A stretch of DNA of 64,000 bases from Escherichia phage moskry, in the sequence record MN850651.1; one strand, given 5' to 3'. Shown here in pieces: positions 37,692 through 51,856 of this stretch (the stretch's first letter is position 1; each line of letters opens with the position of its first letter). The position numbers were made by a program, and so were the translations under genes. The notes under the pieces are model-generated. The model was given only the letters and a program-made list of their open reading frames with translations. It was not told the origin of the DNA and ran no database searches.

Positions 37692-38350
37692 TGACTGTAC
37701 TTAATACAAAGGCGGGAGTTATTTCCCGTCATGCTGATTTTTTGAATTACAGAAAAAATCCAGCTCAAATTGATGTTTTAAACAACCAAGCTGTAGGTTC
37801 CGTGACTATTTCTCAGTTAGCTCGCGGTTTTTATGATGCTAACGTAGAATCTGCAATAAATGATGTCCATAATATGGCACGAGCTGATATTGGTACTGTT
37901 GTCACAAACACTTCAGGCGTATCGCCTGAAGGTACAGCACAAGTTGATTATTGGACTTTTTCTGGTGATGTTCTCGACGATACTTTGACCACTGGAACGC
38001 CAGTCGTTATTAACGTATTTGGACTTGCTGTTAAAGCAACAATCGGTATGACTGATAACGAATTAACGGCACAAGTTCGTATAGCTTTACAAGAAGCCAT
38101 TGCTAATCAAATCGCTATTTCTTCTTATAAAGACCATCCATCCGAAGGTAATAAACTTCAGGTGACATATTTAGATAACCAACGTCATGTGTTGCCAACA
38201 TATGCTTCGTTTGGTGTAACAATTTCGCAAGAAATTTTGTCTGAAGCAAAATCCGGATACGGAACATGGAATTTATTAGGTGCCCAAACGGTTACTCTTG
38301 ATAACCATGATACTCCTACCGTTTTCTACCACTTTGTGAGAGCCTCATGA
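37691..38350 (+). CDS. 11: Baseplate wedge and tail pin gp11
   Basis: ATG at codon 7 of the ORF track gives 219 aa, the T4 gp11 length; stop of gene 10 overlaps the ATG. Confidence 0.8.
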   Translation: MTVLNTKAGVISRHADFLNYRKNPAQIDVLNNQAVGSVTISQLARGFYDANVESAINDVHNMARADIGTVVTNTSGVSPEGTAQVDYWTFSGDVLDDTLTTGTPVVINVFGLAVKATIGMTDNELTAQVRIALQEAIANQIAISSYKDHPSEGNKLQVTYLDNQRHVLPTYASFGVTISQEILSEAKSGYGTWNLLGAQTVTLDNHDTPTVFYHFVRAS

Positions 38351-39930
38351 GTAATAACAATACATACCAACACGTTTCAAATGAATCTATTTACGTTGAA
38401 TTCGACCCTACTGGGTCGAATTTTCCAGATACAGTCACTAATGTCCAAGCCGCATTAGCTGCTATTTCTCCTTCAGGTGTTAATGGCGTACCGGAAGCAA
38501 CAACTACTACACCTGGAATTATTCAAATAGCCACTCCACAAGAAGTTATTGATGGATTAGATAATAGTAAAGCTGTTACTCCGGCATCACTGAATGCTCG
38601 TCTACAATATCCTAATGCAACCGAAACTCAATATGGTTTAACTCGTTATGCTACTGAAGATGAAGCAGTAGCCGGAGCTATTGACGATGCATCAATTACT
38701 CCGCTTAAATTGAATCAAAAAATAGACAATGTATTCCAGACAAAAGTATCAACAGAAGCAACAAATGGTGTAATTAAAATTTCAACTTCTGCTGCGGCAT
38801 TAGCTGGTTCTGACGATACAACGGCAATGACCCCGTTAAAAACACAACAATTAGCAATTAAACTTATTTCACAAATTGCTCCAAATAATGGTGACGCCAC
38901 CGAATCTATTACCGGTGTTGTTCGTTTGGCTACAGTTGCTCAAGCACAACAAGGCACCCTGCGTGAAGGCTATGCAATTTCACCTTATACCTTTATGAAT
39001 TCAGTAGCATCAGAAACTAATAAAGGTGTCGTTAAACTAGGGACACAGACTGAAGTAAATAGTAACAACTCTTCAGTTGTAGTGACTGGCGCAACATTAA
39101 ACGGGCGTGGGGCTACAACTTCTTTACGTGGAGTTGTTCGTTTAACTACACAAGCGGGTAGCCAATCAGGTGGTGATGGTTCTTCTGCCCTTGCTTGGAA
39201 TGCTGATGTTATCCACCAACGAGGTGGACAAACTATTAATGGCACGCTTCGCATTAATAATACGTTGACGGTTGGTTCTGGTGGAGCTAATATAACTGGT
39301 AATGTCAATATGACTGGTGGTTATATTCAAGGCAATCGTATTGTGACTCAAAATGAATTAGACCGAATTCTTCCAGTTGGCGCTATTACAATGTGGGCTG
39401 CAGATAGTTTACCGAGTTCTGACTGGCGCTTCTGTCACGGTGGGACCGTTTCTGCTTCAGAATGTCCGGTATATGCTTCCAGAATTGGGACACGATATGG
39501 TGGTAGTTCTTCTAACCCAGGCTTGCCTGATATGCGTGGATTATTTGTTCGCGGCTCAGGTCGTGGTAACCATTTAACTAACCCTAATGTTAATGGTAAT
39601 GACCAATTCGGTAAGCCTCGTCTGGCGGTAGGTTGTACCGGTGGATATGTTGGTGAGGTGCAAAAACAACAGATGTCATATCATAAGCATGCTGGCGGTT
39701 TTGGTGAACATGACGATGCAGGAGCATTCGGTAATACTCGTCGTTCAAACTTTGTTGGTACTCGTAAAGGACTTGACTGGGATAACCGTTCGTATTTTAC
39801 TAACGATGGATATGAAATTGATCCAGCGTCTCAGCGTAACTCTAAATATACCCTGAATCGTCCTGAATTAATTGGAAATGAAACACGTCCATGGAACATT
39901 TCTTTAAACTATATCATTAAGGTAAAATAA
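38347..39930 (+). CDS. 12: Short tail fibre gp12
   Basis: 527 aa, the T4 gp12 length; Gly/Thr-rich repetitive fibre-like sequence. Confidence 0.85.
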   Translation: MSNNNTYQHVSNESIYVEFDPTGSNFPDTVTNVQAALAAISPSGVNGVPEATTTTPGIIQIATPQEVIDGLDNSKAVTPASLNARLQYPNATETQYGLTRYATEDEAVAGAIDDASITPLKLNQKIDNVFQTKVSTEATNGVIKISTSAAALAGSDDTTAMTPLKTQQLAIKLISQIAPNNGDATESITGVVRLATVAQAQQGTLREGYAISPYTFMNSVASETNKGVVKLGTQTEVNSNNSSVVVTGATLNGRGATTSLRGVVRLTTQAGSQSGGDGSSALAWNADVIHQRGGQTINGTLRINNTLTVGSGGANITGNVNMTGGYIQGNRIVTQNELDRILPVGAITMWAADSLPSSDWRFCHGGTVSASECPVYASRIGTRYGGSSSNPGLPDMRGLFVRGSGRGNHLTNPNVNGNDQFGKPRLAVGCTGGYVGEVQKQQMSYHKHAGGFGEHDDAGAFGNTRRSNFVGTRKGLDWDNRSYFTNDGYEIDPASQRNSKYTLNRPELIGNETRPWNISLNYIIKVK

Positions 39931-41378
39931 TGGCTGATATAACTCTGGTAGATTTACCATATGTTGACGGCCCGCCAGACGCGGGTCAGAGTCGTATTGA
40001 ATGGATTAAAAACGATGAAGAAATAACAGGTGCTGACACAAAATACGGTTCTGAAGGTGTAATGAACCGTCCTATTGTTGAAGTTCAACGTAACGTAGAA
40101 GCGTTAGATGTTAATATTAAAACTATAGCATCTTCTTTGAATACGGCCAATGAAGATATCAAAGTTATTCAAGGTATTTTAGATGTTTCTGGGGATGTTG
40201 ATGCTCTTTCACAGATAGGTCAGAACACCCAAGATATCGATGTCATTAAAGTCACAGTTCAAACCCATGCCAGTGAATTGAATGATTTGAATGAACATAT
40301 TGATGCGAATACTGATGATATTGGTGTTTATAATCAGGAAACAGATTCAGTTTATAGAACGGTTCGTAACGACCTGCTTTGGATTAAAAATGAATTAGGA
40401 CAATATACCGGTCAAGATATTAATGGGGTTCCTACTCCAGGAAATGATAGCACTGGTATGAAACGCCGTATTATGACTAATAGCTCCGTAATTGTTGACC
40501 ACGGTGTTCGTTTAACCGATTTAGAAACTAAATTTGCTGATTCTGACGTCGGCTCTTTAACTATTGAAGTCGAACACTTGCGCGAAGAAATGGGACCTCG
40601 CACTTCTTTCACTACTCCAGTGTTTAGTCGTCTTTCCAGTATTGATTTAACTTTATCGCGTCAAAATGCTGACTTGGATGGCATTAAACAGTCTATTGGG
40701 TATCCTAATACGACTTCTATTATTACTACAACTAATGCGAATAGTTCAGCAATAAACGACATTAATCTTGAGCTCAATCAATCAGGCGGTATTAAACCTC
40801 GTTTGACTACAGTAGAAACTGCCATTGGCGCCGATGATTTGCCTACTACAATCCAAGGACGTATTAAACTCAATACTGATGCTATCGGAGCATTGAATAC
40901 TGTTGTCGGCTCTGATTCTTCGTCAGGATTGCGTTTTAATGTGTCATGGTTAAATAACGTAGTTGGTGTTGACGCTTCAGGTGGGAAACCGGAACCAGAC
41001 GGCTCTTTGCTTTATCGTACTCGAGAGCTTGAAGGAACTATCGGTGGGCTGAGTAATGACATTCAGAACATTCAAACTGATGTTGGGACTAATTCCACAG
41101 GAATTAAGGGTTCTGTAAACACATTAAATACTCTTATAAATGGCACCAACCCAAATGGTTCGACTGTTGAAGAACGCGGTATATTGCCTACAGTTAAAAG
41201 TCATGATACGACAATTAATGGTTTAACTTCTAGAATTGCTACTCTTGAAACTGATTTGGCCGCTGCAGAAGCTGAAATCCAAACTCTTAAGGACGCTGGA
41301 TATATTGAAGATGCTCCTTCAGACGGTAAATTCTATGTTCGCAAAGATGGTGCATGGGTTGAACTTCCTACAGCTTAA
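39930..41378 (+). CDS. wac: Fibritin (neck whiskers)
   Basis: 482 aa (T4 Wac is 487); extended coiled-coil repeats; C-terminal GYIEDAPSDGKFYVRKDGAWVELPTA resembles the recalled foldon. Confidence 0.85.
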   Translation: MADITLVDLPYVDGPPDAGQSRIEWIKNDEEITGADTKYGSEGVMNRPIVEVQRNVEALDVNIKTIASSLNTANEDIKVIQGILDVSGDVDALSQIGQNTQDIDVIKVTVQTHASELNDLNEHIDANTDDIGVYNQETDSVYRTVRNDLLWIKNELGQYTGQDINGVPTPGNDSTGMKRRIMTNSSVIVDHGVRLTDLETKFADSDVGSLTIEVEHLREEMGPRTSFTTPVFSRLSSIDLTLSRQNADLDGIKQSIGYPNTTSIITTTNANSSAINDINLELNQSGGIKPRLTTVETAIGADDLPTTIQGRIKLNTDAIGALNTVVGSDSSSGLRFNVSWLNNVVGVDASGGKPEPDGSLLYRTRELEGTIGGLSNDIQNIQTDVGTNSTGIKGSVNTLNTLINGTNPNGSTVEERGILPTVKSHDTTINGLTSRIATLETDLAAAEAEIQTLKDAGYIEDAPSDGKFYVRKDGAWVELPTA

Positions 41379-41384
41379 TGAAAA

Positions 41385-41398
41385 GGGCCTTCGGGCCC
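41385..41398 (+). terminator. Stem-loop after wac (weak terminator)
   Basis: GGGCC-TTCG-GGCCC hairpin; no T-run. Confidence 0.35.
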
Positions 41399-41410
41399 TA
41401 AAGGATTTAT

Positions 41411-42337
41411 ATGTCAGGTTATAATGCACAAAACCCTAAAGAATTAAAGGATGTAATATTACGTCGTTTAGGCGCTCCTATTGTAAATGTTGAATTAACT
41501 ACAGACCAAATTTATGATTGTATTTCACGAGCGTTAGAACTTTATGGCGAATACCATTTTGACGGGTTGAATAAAGGTTTCCATGTATTTTTTGTTGATG
41601 ACGAAGAAAAATACCGTCACGGCGTATTTGATATGCGTGGTTCTAACGTATTTGCTGTAACAAGAATTATAAGAACAAACGTTGGCTCTATTACTTCAAT
41701 GGATGGTAATGCAACTTATCCATGGTTCACTGATTTCCTTTTAGGAATGGCAGGTGTTTCAGGTGGTATGGGTAGTAATTGTGGTAAATTCTACGGCCCG
41801 AACGCTTTTGGCGCTGACCTCGGGTATTATTCTCAATTAGTATCTTATATGGGTATGCTTCAAGATATGATTGCTCCTCTTCCAGATTTTTGGTTTAACT
41901 CTGCAAACGAGCAATTAAAAGTAATGGGTAACTTTAGACAGAAAGATGTCATTATCGTTGAATCGTACGTTCGCTCTTATATCGAGACCCATAAGATGGT
42001 AGGAAATACAGTAGGGTACGGTCAGGTCGGTCCTCGTGATTCATGGTCTATTTCTGAACGTTATGATAATCCAGACCATAATTTGGTCGGACGTCGAGTT
42101 GGTGAAGATCCTGCAACTAAACAAGGCGCATATAACAACCGCTGGGTTAAAGATTATGCAACTGCATTAGCTAAAGAGCTTAATGGACAAATTCTTGCTA
42201 AACATCAAGGTATGATGTTACCGGGTGGCGTCACTGTTGATGGTGTTCGATTAATTGAAGAAGCTCGTTTAGAGAAAGAAGCTTTACGAGAAGAGTTATA
42301 TTTACTGGACCCTCCTGCAGGTATTTTGGTAGGTTAA
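41411..42337 (+). CDS. 13: Neck protein gp13
   Basis: 308 aa (T4 gp13 is 309); gene order. Confidence 0.8.
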   Translation: MSGYNAQNPKELKDVILRRLGAPIVNVELTTDQIYDCISRALELYGEYHFDGLNKGFHVFFVDDEEKYRHGVFDMRGSNVFAVTRIIRTNVGSITSMDGNATYPWFTDFLLGMAGVSGGMGSNCGKFYGPNAFGADLGYYSQLVSYMGMLQDMIAPLPDFWFNSANEQLKVMGNFRQKDVIIVESYVRSYIETHKMVGNTVGYGQVGPRDSWSISERYDNPDHNLVGRRVGEDPATKQGAYNNRWVKDYATALAKELNGQILAKHQGMMLPGGVTVDGVRLIEEARLEKEALREELYLLDPPAGILVG

Positions 42338-42338
42338 T

Positions 42339-42974
42339 ATGGCAACATACTACAGATTGTATATTACAACATTTGAAACATCCACCGGTATAAAGATTTA
42401 TGGTGGTAAACACAAATCAGTTTACGAAGACCCTTCAAAAGACCCTTATACTGGGTCTGGTACCTTTATACGAAGGGCCAAAAGAAAATACGGTCCGTCT
42501 TGTATAAAAGAAATTATATGGTCTAAGCCATTTGAATCTAAAGCTCTAATGGATGAAGCTGAAGAGTTACTGGTAGATGAATTATCCATTTTAGAAAATT
42601 GCGCAAATCTTGTTAAAGGTGGTGCAGGCGGAAGGTCGTATATTAACCCAGAAGATAATCCATCTATAGGACAAAAACGTTCAGTCCAAACTAAAAAGAA
42701 AATGTCTGACGCCGCAAAATCAAGAAAATGGACTGAAGAAGGGTTAAGAAAACGTAAAGAATCTACAGCAAGAATGTGGAAAGATTTCAAACATAGACAT
42801 CCTGATTTTTCTGGTTCAAAAAATCCAGCAGCTCGAAAAGTTAGTGTAAATGGTAAAATATTTAACACCTGCAAAGAATGTGGTGAAGAATTTAATATCA
42901 CATCAAGCGCGGTTATAGGCCGATGCAAAAACAACAAACCTAAATGGGCAGGATGGAATTATGTCGACGTATAA
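42339..42974 (+). CDS. GIY-YIG family homing endonuclease (seg-like)
   Basis: 211 aa; ATG 1 nt after the gene 13 stop; N-terminal [21 protein letters not shown] fits the GIY-x(10)-YIG pattern; basic C-terminus with CxxC..C; 3' end overlaps the gene 14 ATG by 14 nt. Confidence 0.6.
   Translation: MATYYRLYITTFETSTGIKIYGGKHKSVYEDPSKDPYTGSGTFIRRAKRKYGPSCIKEIIWSKPFESKALMDEAEELLVDELSILENCANLVKGGAGGRSYINPEDNPSIGQKRSVQTKKKMSDAAKSRKWTEEGLRKRKESTARMWKDFKHRHPDFSGSKNPAARKVSVNGKIFNTCKECGEEFNITSSAVIGRCKNNKPKWAGWNYVDV
42339..42974 (+). mobile_element. Putative free-standing homing endonuclease gene insertion between genes 13 and 14
   Basis: T4 has 13 followed directly by 14 (recalled); this extra ORF fills the junction exactly. 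Confidence 0.45.
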
Positions 42975-43725
42975 TTCAAATTTATTTGCAAAGTTAGAAA
43001 ACCGAGAAGGCTATTCTAAAACTAATGAAACCGAGATTTTAAACAAATACGTGAACTTCAACAAATACGAAAATAGTCAGACATTAGCCGATGTTCTAGT
43101 GGCAGAAAGCATACAGATGCGCGGTATTGAATGTTTTTATGTTCCACGTGAATATGTTGCCGTGGACCTTATCTTTGGTGAGGACCTTAAAAATAAATTT
43201 ACTAAAGCATGGAAATTTGCGGCATATCTGAACTCATTTGAAGGTTATGAAGGAGCGAAATCGTTCTTCAGCAACTTCGGAATGCAAGTTCAAGACGAAG
43301 TTACATTATCTATTAACCCGGGTCTTTTCAAACACCAGGTCAACAATCAGGAGCCCAAGGAAGGTGATTTAATATACTTCCCAATGGACAACAGTTTGTT
43401 TGAGATTAACTGGGTTGAACCATATGACCCATTCTATCAAGTAGGTAAAAATGCGATTCGTAAAATTACTGCAGGCAAGTTTATTTACTCTGGCGAAGAA
43501 ATCAATCCGGTGCTTCAGAAAAATGAAGGTATCAATATACCTGAATTTAGTGACTTGGAACTTAACCCTGTTAGAAATCTTGACGGTATCCATGACATTA
43601 ATATCGATGAATATTCTGAAGTTGAGCAAATCAATTCAGAGGCAAGTGAATACGTTGAGCCGTATGTAGTAGTTAACAACCGTGGTAGACAAAATTCACC
43701 ATTTGACGATGGGTTTATGAATTAA
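42961..43725 (+). CDS. 14: Neck protein gp14
   Basis: 254 aa (T4 gp14 is 256); gene order. Confidence 0.8.
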   Translation: MSTYNSNLFAKLENREGYSKTNETEILNKYVNFNKYENSQTLADVLVAESIQMRGIECFYVPREYVAVDLIFGEDLKNKFTKAWKFAAYLNSFEGYEGAKSFFSNFGMQVQDEVTLSINPGLFKHQVNNQEPKEGDLIYFPMDNSLFEINWVEPYDPFYQVGKNAIRKITAGKFIYSGEEINPVLQKNEGINIPEFSDLELNPVRNLDGIHDINIDEYSEVEQINSEASEYVEPYVVVNNRGRQNSPFDDGFMN

Positions 43726-43774
43726 TAAATAGATAAGATAAAGCAAACACCGGTCGAAAGGCCGGTTAGGAGAA

Positions 43775-44599
43775 ATGATGTTTGGTTATTTTTACAACTC
43801 GTCGTTCAGGCGATATATCACAATGATGGGCGATTTGTTTTCAAATATCCAAGTTAACCGTCAATTGTCTACAGGCAATAAATTAATTAGAGTTCCTATT
43901 ACGTATGCATCTAAAGAGCACTTTATGATGAAACTTAATAAATGGACCTCTATAAACTCACAAGAAGATGTGGCTAAAGTCGAAACTATTCTACCACGTA
44001 TAAATCTCCAAATGGTAGATTTCGTTTATAACCCAACGTTTAAAACGAATATATTGAATAACTCTCTTTTGAGTAAATCGACTAAGGATATTGTAGACCA
44101 ATACAACCCATCACCAATTAAAATGATTTTTGAACTGAGCATCTTTACTCGTTATGAAGATGATATGTTCCAAATCGTTGAGCAAATTATTCCATATTTT
44201 CAGCCGCATTTTAATACGACTATGATTGAGCAATATGGGCAGGATATTCCATTTGAAAGGGATATTAAAGTCGTATGGATGGCAGCAGCAATGGATGAAC
44301 AAATAGACGGTGATAATTTATCCCGTCGACGTTTAGAGTGGTCATTAACATTTGAAGTAAATGGATGGATGTATCCTCCGGTAGGCGCAGCTGAAGGCCT
44401 TATTAAAACGACTTATCTTGATTTTCATGCTAATGAACGAGACCTTCAAACAGCCGCCAGTGTTTTTGAATCAGTTGATACAGAAATTAAACCGAGAGAC
44501 GTTGAAGCACAAGATTGGAATGGCGAAGTTGAACAAACTTATACTCATGATATTCCAATCCCGACTCCACCAACCCCTCCTGGTCCTAGAAAACAATAA
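43775..44599 (+). CDS. 15: Tail sheath stabiliser / tail terminator gp15
   Basis: 274 aa (T4 gp15 is 272); gene order. Confidence 0.8.
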   Translation: MMFGYFYNSSFRRYITMMGDLFSNIQVNRQLSTGNKLIRVPITYASKEHFMMKLNKWTSINSQEDVAKVETILPRINLQMVDFVYNPTFKTNILNNSLLSKSTKDIVDQYNPSPIKMIFELSIFTRYEDDMFQIVEQIIPYFQPHFNTTMIEQYGQDIPFERDIKVVWMAAAMDEQIDGDNLSRRRLEWSLTFEVNGWMYPPVGAAEGLIKTTYLDFHANERDLQTAASVFESVDTEIKPRDVEAQDWNGEVEQTYTHDIPIPTPPTPPGPRKQ

Positions 44600-46922
<2,323 letters not shown>

Positions 46923-46952
46923 ATAAAATAAAGCAAATTAAGAGGAATTAAA

Positions 46953-48935
46953 ATGGCACTTCTCTCTCCGGGCGTTGAGCTCAAAGAAACTACCGTACAG
47001 AGTACTGTAGTTAATAACTCCACTGGTACTGCTGCCCTGGCTGGAAAATTCCAATGGGGACCTGCATTCCAGATTAAACAAATCACTGATGAAGTTGCAT
47101 TAGTTGATATGTTTGGTACTCCTAATACGGATACAGCAGATTATTTCATGTCTGCTATGAACTTCCTTCAATATGGTAATGACCTTCGTGTTGTACGCGC
47201 AGTTGATCGTGATACTGCTAAGAACTCATCTCCTGTAGCAGGCAATATTGAATTCACAATCTCTGCTACTGGTAGTAACTATGCAGTTGGTGATAAAATT
47301 ATCGTTAAGTATTTGACCGAAACTGTTGAAGCAGATGGTTATGTCACTTCAGTTGATGTCGATGGTAAAATTCTTAACATTTATATCCCAACCGGTAAAA
47401 TTATTGCTCGTGCAAAAGAAATTAATGAATATCCGGCATTGGGTTCTAACTGGACCGCCGAAGTTGCCAGTTCTTCTTCTGGTCTCTCTGGCGTTATTAC
47501 AATTGGTTCTATCGTAACCGATTCGGGTATTCTGTTAACTGAAGTTGAAACTTCTGAAGAAGCTATTACTTCTCTAACTTTCCAAGAATCTATTAAAAAA
47601 TATGGTGTCCCAGGCGTAGTTGCTCTTTATCCTGGTGAACTTGGCGACCAGCTCGAAATTGAAATCGTATCTAAAGCAGACTATGACAAAGGTGCTTCAG
47701 CCCAGTTAAAAATTTATCCTGATGGTGGTACTCGTGCATCTACTGCTAAAGCAATCTTTGGGTATGGCCCACAAACTGATGACCAATATGCAATTATCGT
47801 TCGTCGTAACGATGCTGTAGTTCAGAGCGTAGTTCTTTCTACTAAACGTGGTGAACGCGATATTTATGGTAGTAATATCTTTATTGATGATTTCTTTGCT
47901 AAAGGCGCAAGCAATTATATTTTCGCTACTGCACAAGGTTGGCCAAAAGGTTTCTCTGGCGTAATCAAACTGGGTGGTGGCTTATCATCTAATGAAACGG
48001 TTGACGCTGGTGATTTAATGGAAGCTTGGGATTTGTTTGCTGACCGTGAATCTGTTAATGCGCAGTTGTTTATTGCCGGTTCTTGTGCAGGTGAATCTTT
48101 AGAAGTTGCTTCTACAGTTCAGAAACATGTTGTAGCAATTGGTGATTCTCGCCAAGATTGCTTGGTTCTTTGCTCACCGCCACGTGCAACTATAGTCGGT
48201 ATTCCTGTTAATCGTGCAGTTGATAATCTGGTTGATTGGCGTACTGCGTCAGGAACTTACACCGATAATAACTTTAATGTAAGTTCTACTTATGCCGCTA
48301 TTGACGGTAACTATAAATATCAATATGACAAATATAATGATGTGAATCGTTGGGTTCCATTAGCCGCTGATATCGCTGGACTTTGTGCTCGTACAGACAA
48401 TATTTCTCAGCCTTGGATGTCTCCAGCCGGTTATAACCGTGGACAAATTCTTAACGTTATTAAGCTTGCAATTGAAACTCGCCAAGCACAACGTGATCGT
48501 TTGTATCAGGAAGCTATTAACCCTGTTACTGGTACCGGTGGTGATGGATATGTTCTGTACGGTGATAAAACTGCCACTTCTGTTCCTTCGCCATTTGACC
48601 GTATTAACGTACGTCGTTTGTTTAACATGGTTAAAACGAACATTGGTTCAGCATCTAAATATCGCCTGTTTGAATTGAACAACGCATTTACCCGTTCTTC
48701 TTTCCGTACAGAGACTTCTCAATATCTACAGGGTATTAAAGCTCTCGGTGGTGTATATAACTTTAAAGTTGTTTGTGATACTACCAATAACACTCCAGCA
48801 GTTATCGACCGTAATGAATTTGTAGCTACTTTCTACTTACAACCTGCCCGCTCGATAAATTATATTACGTTGAACTTTGTAGCAACAGCAACTGGTGCCG
48901 ATTTCGACGAACTAATTGGTGCTGTAGGTGGTTAA
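46953..48935 (+). CDS. 18: Tail sheath protein gp18
   Basis: 660 aa (T4 gp18 is 659); gene order. Confidence 0.9.
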   Translation: MALLSPGVELKETTVQSTVVNNSTGTAALAGKFQWGPAFQIKQITDEVALVDMFGTPNTDTADYFMSAMNFLQYGNDLRVVRAVDRDTAKNSSPVAGNIEFTISATGSNYAVGDKIIVKYLTETVEADGYVTSVDVDGKILNIYIPTGKIIARAKEINEYPALGSNWTAEVASSSSGLSGVITIGSIVTDSGILLTEVETSEEAITSLTFQESIKKYGVPGVVALYPGELGDQLEIEIVSKADYDKGASAQLKIYPDGGTRASTAKAIFGYGPQTDDQYAIIVRRNDAVVQSVVLSTKRGERDIYGSNIFIDDFFAKGASNYIFATAQGWPKGFSGVIKLGGGLSSNETVDAGDLMEAWDLFADRESVNAQLFIAGSCAGESLEVASTVQKHVVAIGDSRQDCLVLCSPPRATIVGIPVNRAVDNLVDWRTASGTYTDNNFNVSSTYAAIDGNYKYQYDKYNDVNRWVPLAADIAGLCARTDNISQPWMSPAGYNRGQILNVIKLAIETRQAQRDRLYQEAINPVTGTGGDGYVLYGDKTATSVPSPFDRINVRRLFNMVKTNIGSASKYRLFELNNAFTRSSFRTETSQYLQGIKALGGVYNFKVVCDTTNNTPAVIDRNEFVATFYLQPARSINYITLNFVATATGADFDELIGAVGG

Positions 48936-48967
48936 TAAGACGCCTGATGGGCTATTTCGGTAGCCCA

Positions 48968-48975
48968 TATAAATA
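48968..48975 (+). promoter_or_regulatory. Late promoter TATAAATA for gene 19
   Basis: Exact TATAAATA right after hairpin GGGCTA-TTTCGG-TAGCCC; 73 nt upstream of ATG 49048. Confidence 0.6.
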
Positions 48976-49047
48976 TACTATATCGTTTAAAAATTAATTC
49001 TATGGGCATCCGGTTAATCCTAGGCCCATATTACTACAGAGGCTAAT

Positions 49048-49539
49048 ATGTTTGTAGATGACGTAACTCGTGCCTTCGAATCTGGTGATTTCGCTCGCCC
49101 TAACCTGTTCGAAGTAGAAATCTCTTATCTTGGGCAAAACTTTAGCTTCCAGTGTCGTGCTACGGCTCTTCCTGCTGCGATAGTTGAAAAGGTTCCTGTT
49201 TCTTATATGAACCGTAAAATTAACGTGGCTGGTGATCGTACATTCGATGATTGGACTATTACAGTAATGAACGATGATGCTCATAGCATTCGTCAGAAAT
49301 TTGTTGATTGGCAAGGTATTGCAGCAGGACAAGGTAATGAAATTACCGGTGGTAAACCTGCTGAATATAAAAAGTCTGCTATCGTTCGTCAATTTGCTCG
49401 TGATGCTAAAACGGTCACTAAAGAAGTTGAAATTGTCGGCTTGTGGCCTACTAACGTTGGTGAAGTATCTCTTGATTGGGATTCTAATAACGAGATTGAA
49501 ACGTTCGAAGTAACTCTTGCTCTTGATTGGTGGGAATAA
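49048..49539 (+). CDS. 19: Tail tube protein gp19
   Basis: 163 aa, the T4 gp19 length; gene order. Confidence 0.9.
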   Translation: MFVDDVTRAFESGDFARPNLFEVEISYLGQNFSFQCRATALPAAIVEKVPVSYMNRKINVAGDRTFDDWTITVMNDDAHSIRQKFVDWQGIAAGQGNEITGGKPAEYKKSAIVRQFARDAKTVTKEVEIVGLWPTNVGEVSLDWDSNNEIETFEVTLALDWWE

Positions 49540-49587
49540 TCTGGTTGGGGAGAAATCCCCAGCTTCCCGTGATGACGGAGAAGTCCA

Positions 49588-49595
49588 TATAAATA
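49588..49595 (+). promoter_or_regulatory. Late promoter TATAAATA for gene 20
   Basis: Exact TATAAATA 29 nt upstream of ATG 49624; preceded by hairpin GGGGAGAAATCCCC. Confidence 0.6.
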
Positions 49596-49623
49596 TAACT
49601 ATAATTCCCATTCGGAGAATACA

Positions 49624-51195
49624 ATGAAATTTAATATCTTAAGTTTGTTTGCTCCATGGGCAAAAATGGACGAACGTGATTACAAAGACCAAGAAAAAGA
49701 AAATTTAGAATCTATCACCACACCAAAATTAGACGACGGCGCTAAAGAATACGAAGTATCTGAAAATGAAGCACAGCAAACATATAATGCTATGTTTCAG
49801 AGAATGTTTGGTAGTCAAGAACCAGGGCTCAAATCAACCCGTGAATTAATCGATACGTATCGAAATTTGATGACGAACTATGAAGTGGATAACGCGGTCT
49901 CTGAAATAGTTTCTGATGCTATCGTGTATGAAGATGATACAGAAGTCGTTTCTATAAATTTAGACAACACAAAATTTAGTCCAAATATAAAATCAATGAT
50001 GTTGGATGAATTTAACGAAGTGTTGAATCATTTATCTTTCCAACGTAAAGGTTCAGACCATTTTAGGCGTTGGTATGTAGATTCTCGAATTTTCTTCCAT
50101 AAAATTATTGACCCTAAACGCCCTAAAGAAGGTATTAAAGAGCTTCGTCGTTTAGACCCACGTCAAGTTCAATATGTCCGTGAAGTTATTACAACCACTG
50201 AAGCCGGTGTTAAAATAGTCAAGGGTTATAAAGAATATTTCATTTATGACACATCACACGAATCTTATGCTTGTGATGGTCGCATATATGAAGCTGGCAC
50301 AAAAATAAAAATCCCTAAAGCCGCGATTGTTTACGCCCATTCTGGTTTAGTTGATTGTTGTGGTAAAAATATCATCGGTTATTTGCATCGGGCTATTAAG
50401 CCAGCGAACCAATTAAAACTTCTTGAAGATGCTGTCGTAATTTATCGTATTACTCGTGCTCCCGATCGTCGTGTATGGTACGTTGATACAGGTAATATGC
50501 CTTCAAGAAAAGCAGCAGAACATATGCAACATGTTATGAATACGATGAAAAACCGTATTGCATATGATGCTACTACAGGCAAGATTAAAAACCAGCAGCA
50601 TATTATGTCGATGACCGAAGATTATTGGTTACAACGACGTGATGGTAAAGCAGTAACAGAAGTTGATACATTACCAGGCGCAGATAATACCGGAAATATG
50701 GAAGATGTACGTTGGTTCCGTAATGCGCTTTATATGGCTTTACGTATTCCTATTACCCGTATTCCAAGTGACCAAGGTGGTATACAGTTTGATGCTGGTA
50801 CTTCTATTACACGAGATGAATTGTCATTTGGTAAATTTATTCGTGAGCTGCAACATAAATTTGAAGAGATATTCCTAGACCCGCTTAAAACCAATTTAAT
50901 TCTTAAAGGAATTATTACAGAAGATGAGTGGAATGATGAAATAAATAATATTAAGATAAAATTTCATCGGGATAGTTATTTCTCGGAATTAAAGGATGCT
51001 GAGATTCTGGAGCGTCGCATTAATATGCTTCAGATGGCCGAACCATTTATTGGTAAATATATTTCTCACAGAACAGCTATGAAAGATATTCTTCAGATGT
51101 CTGACGAGGAAATTGAACAAGAGGCTAAGCAAATTGAAGAAGAGTCGAAAGAGGCTCGTTTCCAAGACCCCGACCAAGAACAAGAGGATTTTTAA
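49624..51195 (+). CDS. 20: Portal vertex protein gp20
   Basis: 523 aa (T4 gp20 is 524); gene order. Confidence 0.9.
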   Translation: MKFNILSLFAPWAKMDERDYKDQEKENLESITTPKLDDGAKEYEVSENEAQQTYNAMFQRMFGSQEPGLKSTRELIDTYRNLMTNYEVDNAVSEIVSDAIVYEDDTEVVSINLDNTKFSPNIKSMMLDEFNEVLNHLSFQRKGSDHFRRWYVDSRIFFHKIIDPKRPKEGIKELRRLDPRQVQYVREVITTTEAGVKIVKGYKEYFIYDTSHESYACDGRIYEAGTKIKIPKAAIVYAHSGLVDCCGKNIIGYLHRAIKPANQLKLLEDAVVIYRITRAPDRRVWYVDTGNMPSRKAAEHMQHVMNTMKNRIAYDATTGKIKNQQHIMSMTEDYWLQRRDGKAVTEVDTLPGADNTGNMEDVRWFRNALYMALRIPITRIPSDQGGIQFDAGTSITRDELSFGKFIRELQHKFEEIFLDPLKTNLILKGIITEDEWNDEINNIKIKFHRDSYFSELKDAEILERRINMLQMAEPFIGKYISHRTAMKDILQMSDEEIEQEAKQIEEESKEARFQDPDQEQEDF

Positions 51196-51431
51196 TGGAC
51201 GATTTAATTCAAGCTATTAAATCAAACGACCTCGTTGCTACTCGAAAGTTTTTTGAAAGTGCAATGGCAGAAAAAACGGTTCGTTTGATTGAAGCACGCA
51301 AAGCAGAAATCGCTTCTCAATTTTTGATTGAAGGCGAAGAACCTGAAGAAGAAAAGAAAGCTAAAGCTTCGGAAGACGACGCTGATGAAGGCGATGACGA
51401 CGAAGACGAAGATGATGAGGACGATGAATAA
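51195..51431 (+). CDS. 67: Prohead core protein gp67
   Basis: 78 aa with a poly-acidic C-terminal tail ([18 protein letters not shown]); position between 20 and 68. Confidence 0.75.
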   Translation: MDDLIQAIKSNDLVATRKFFESAMAEKTVRLIEARKAEIASQFLIEGEEPEEEKKAKASEDDADEGDDDEDEDDEDDE

Positions 51432-51856
51432 TGTATCTTATCCCTGAATCTTATGAATTGGTACTCGAAAATGTCGAAGCACTTATTCCTGAAGCACAGG
51501 GCCGAATCGATGCATTGTCTTCTGCTCTCGATATTGACGATATAAATACTATTATCGAGAACATGCTTGAAACTGAAACGGATTTAGCTGTTGCAATGGC
51601 TTCCATTATTAATGAAGAACAGTTAAATGAGTTTATTGTTAAACATGTTTCTTCTCGTGGTGAAGTCACCCGCACTAAAGACCGTAAAACTCGTGAACGT
51701 AATGCGTTCCAAACCACTGGTCTTTCTAAAGCAAAACGTAGACAAATCGCTCGTAAGGTCGTTAAAGCTAAAAAAGCTAACCCTTCAGGCCAAGTTAAAG
51801 GCTTGCGTAAGCGTAAAAAGGCTCTTAAACGTCGTAAAGCATTAGGATTAAGCTAA
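51431..51856 (+). CDS. 68: Prohead core protein gp68
   Basis: 141 aa, the T4 gp68 length; basic C-terminus. Confidence 0.75.
   Translation: MYLIPESYELVLENVEALIPEAQGRIDALSSALDIDDINTIIENMLETETDLAVAMASIINEEQLNEFIVKHVSSRGEVTRTKDRKTRERNAFQTTGLSKAKRRQIARKVVKAKKANPSGQVKGLRKRKKALKRRKALGLS

Noticed and set aside
43726-43774. Late promoter upstream of gene 15
   Set aside because: Only AATAAATA is present, together with a stem-loop lacking a T-run; too weak to call from sequence alone.
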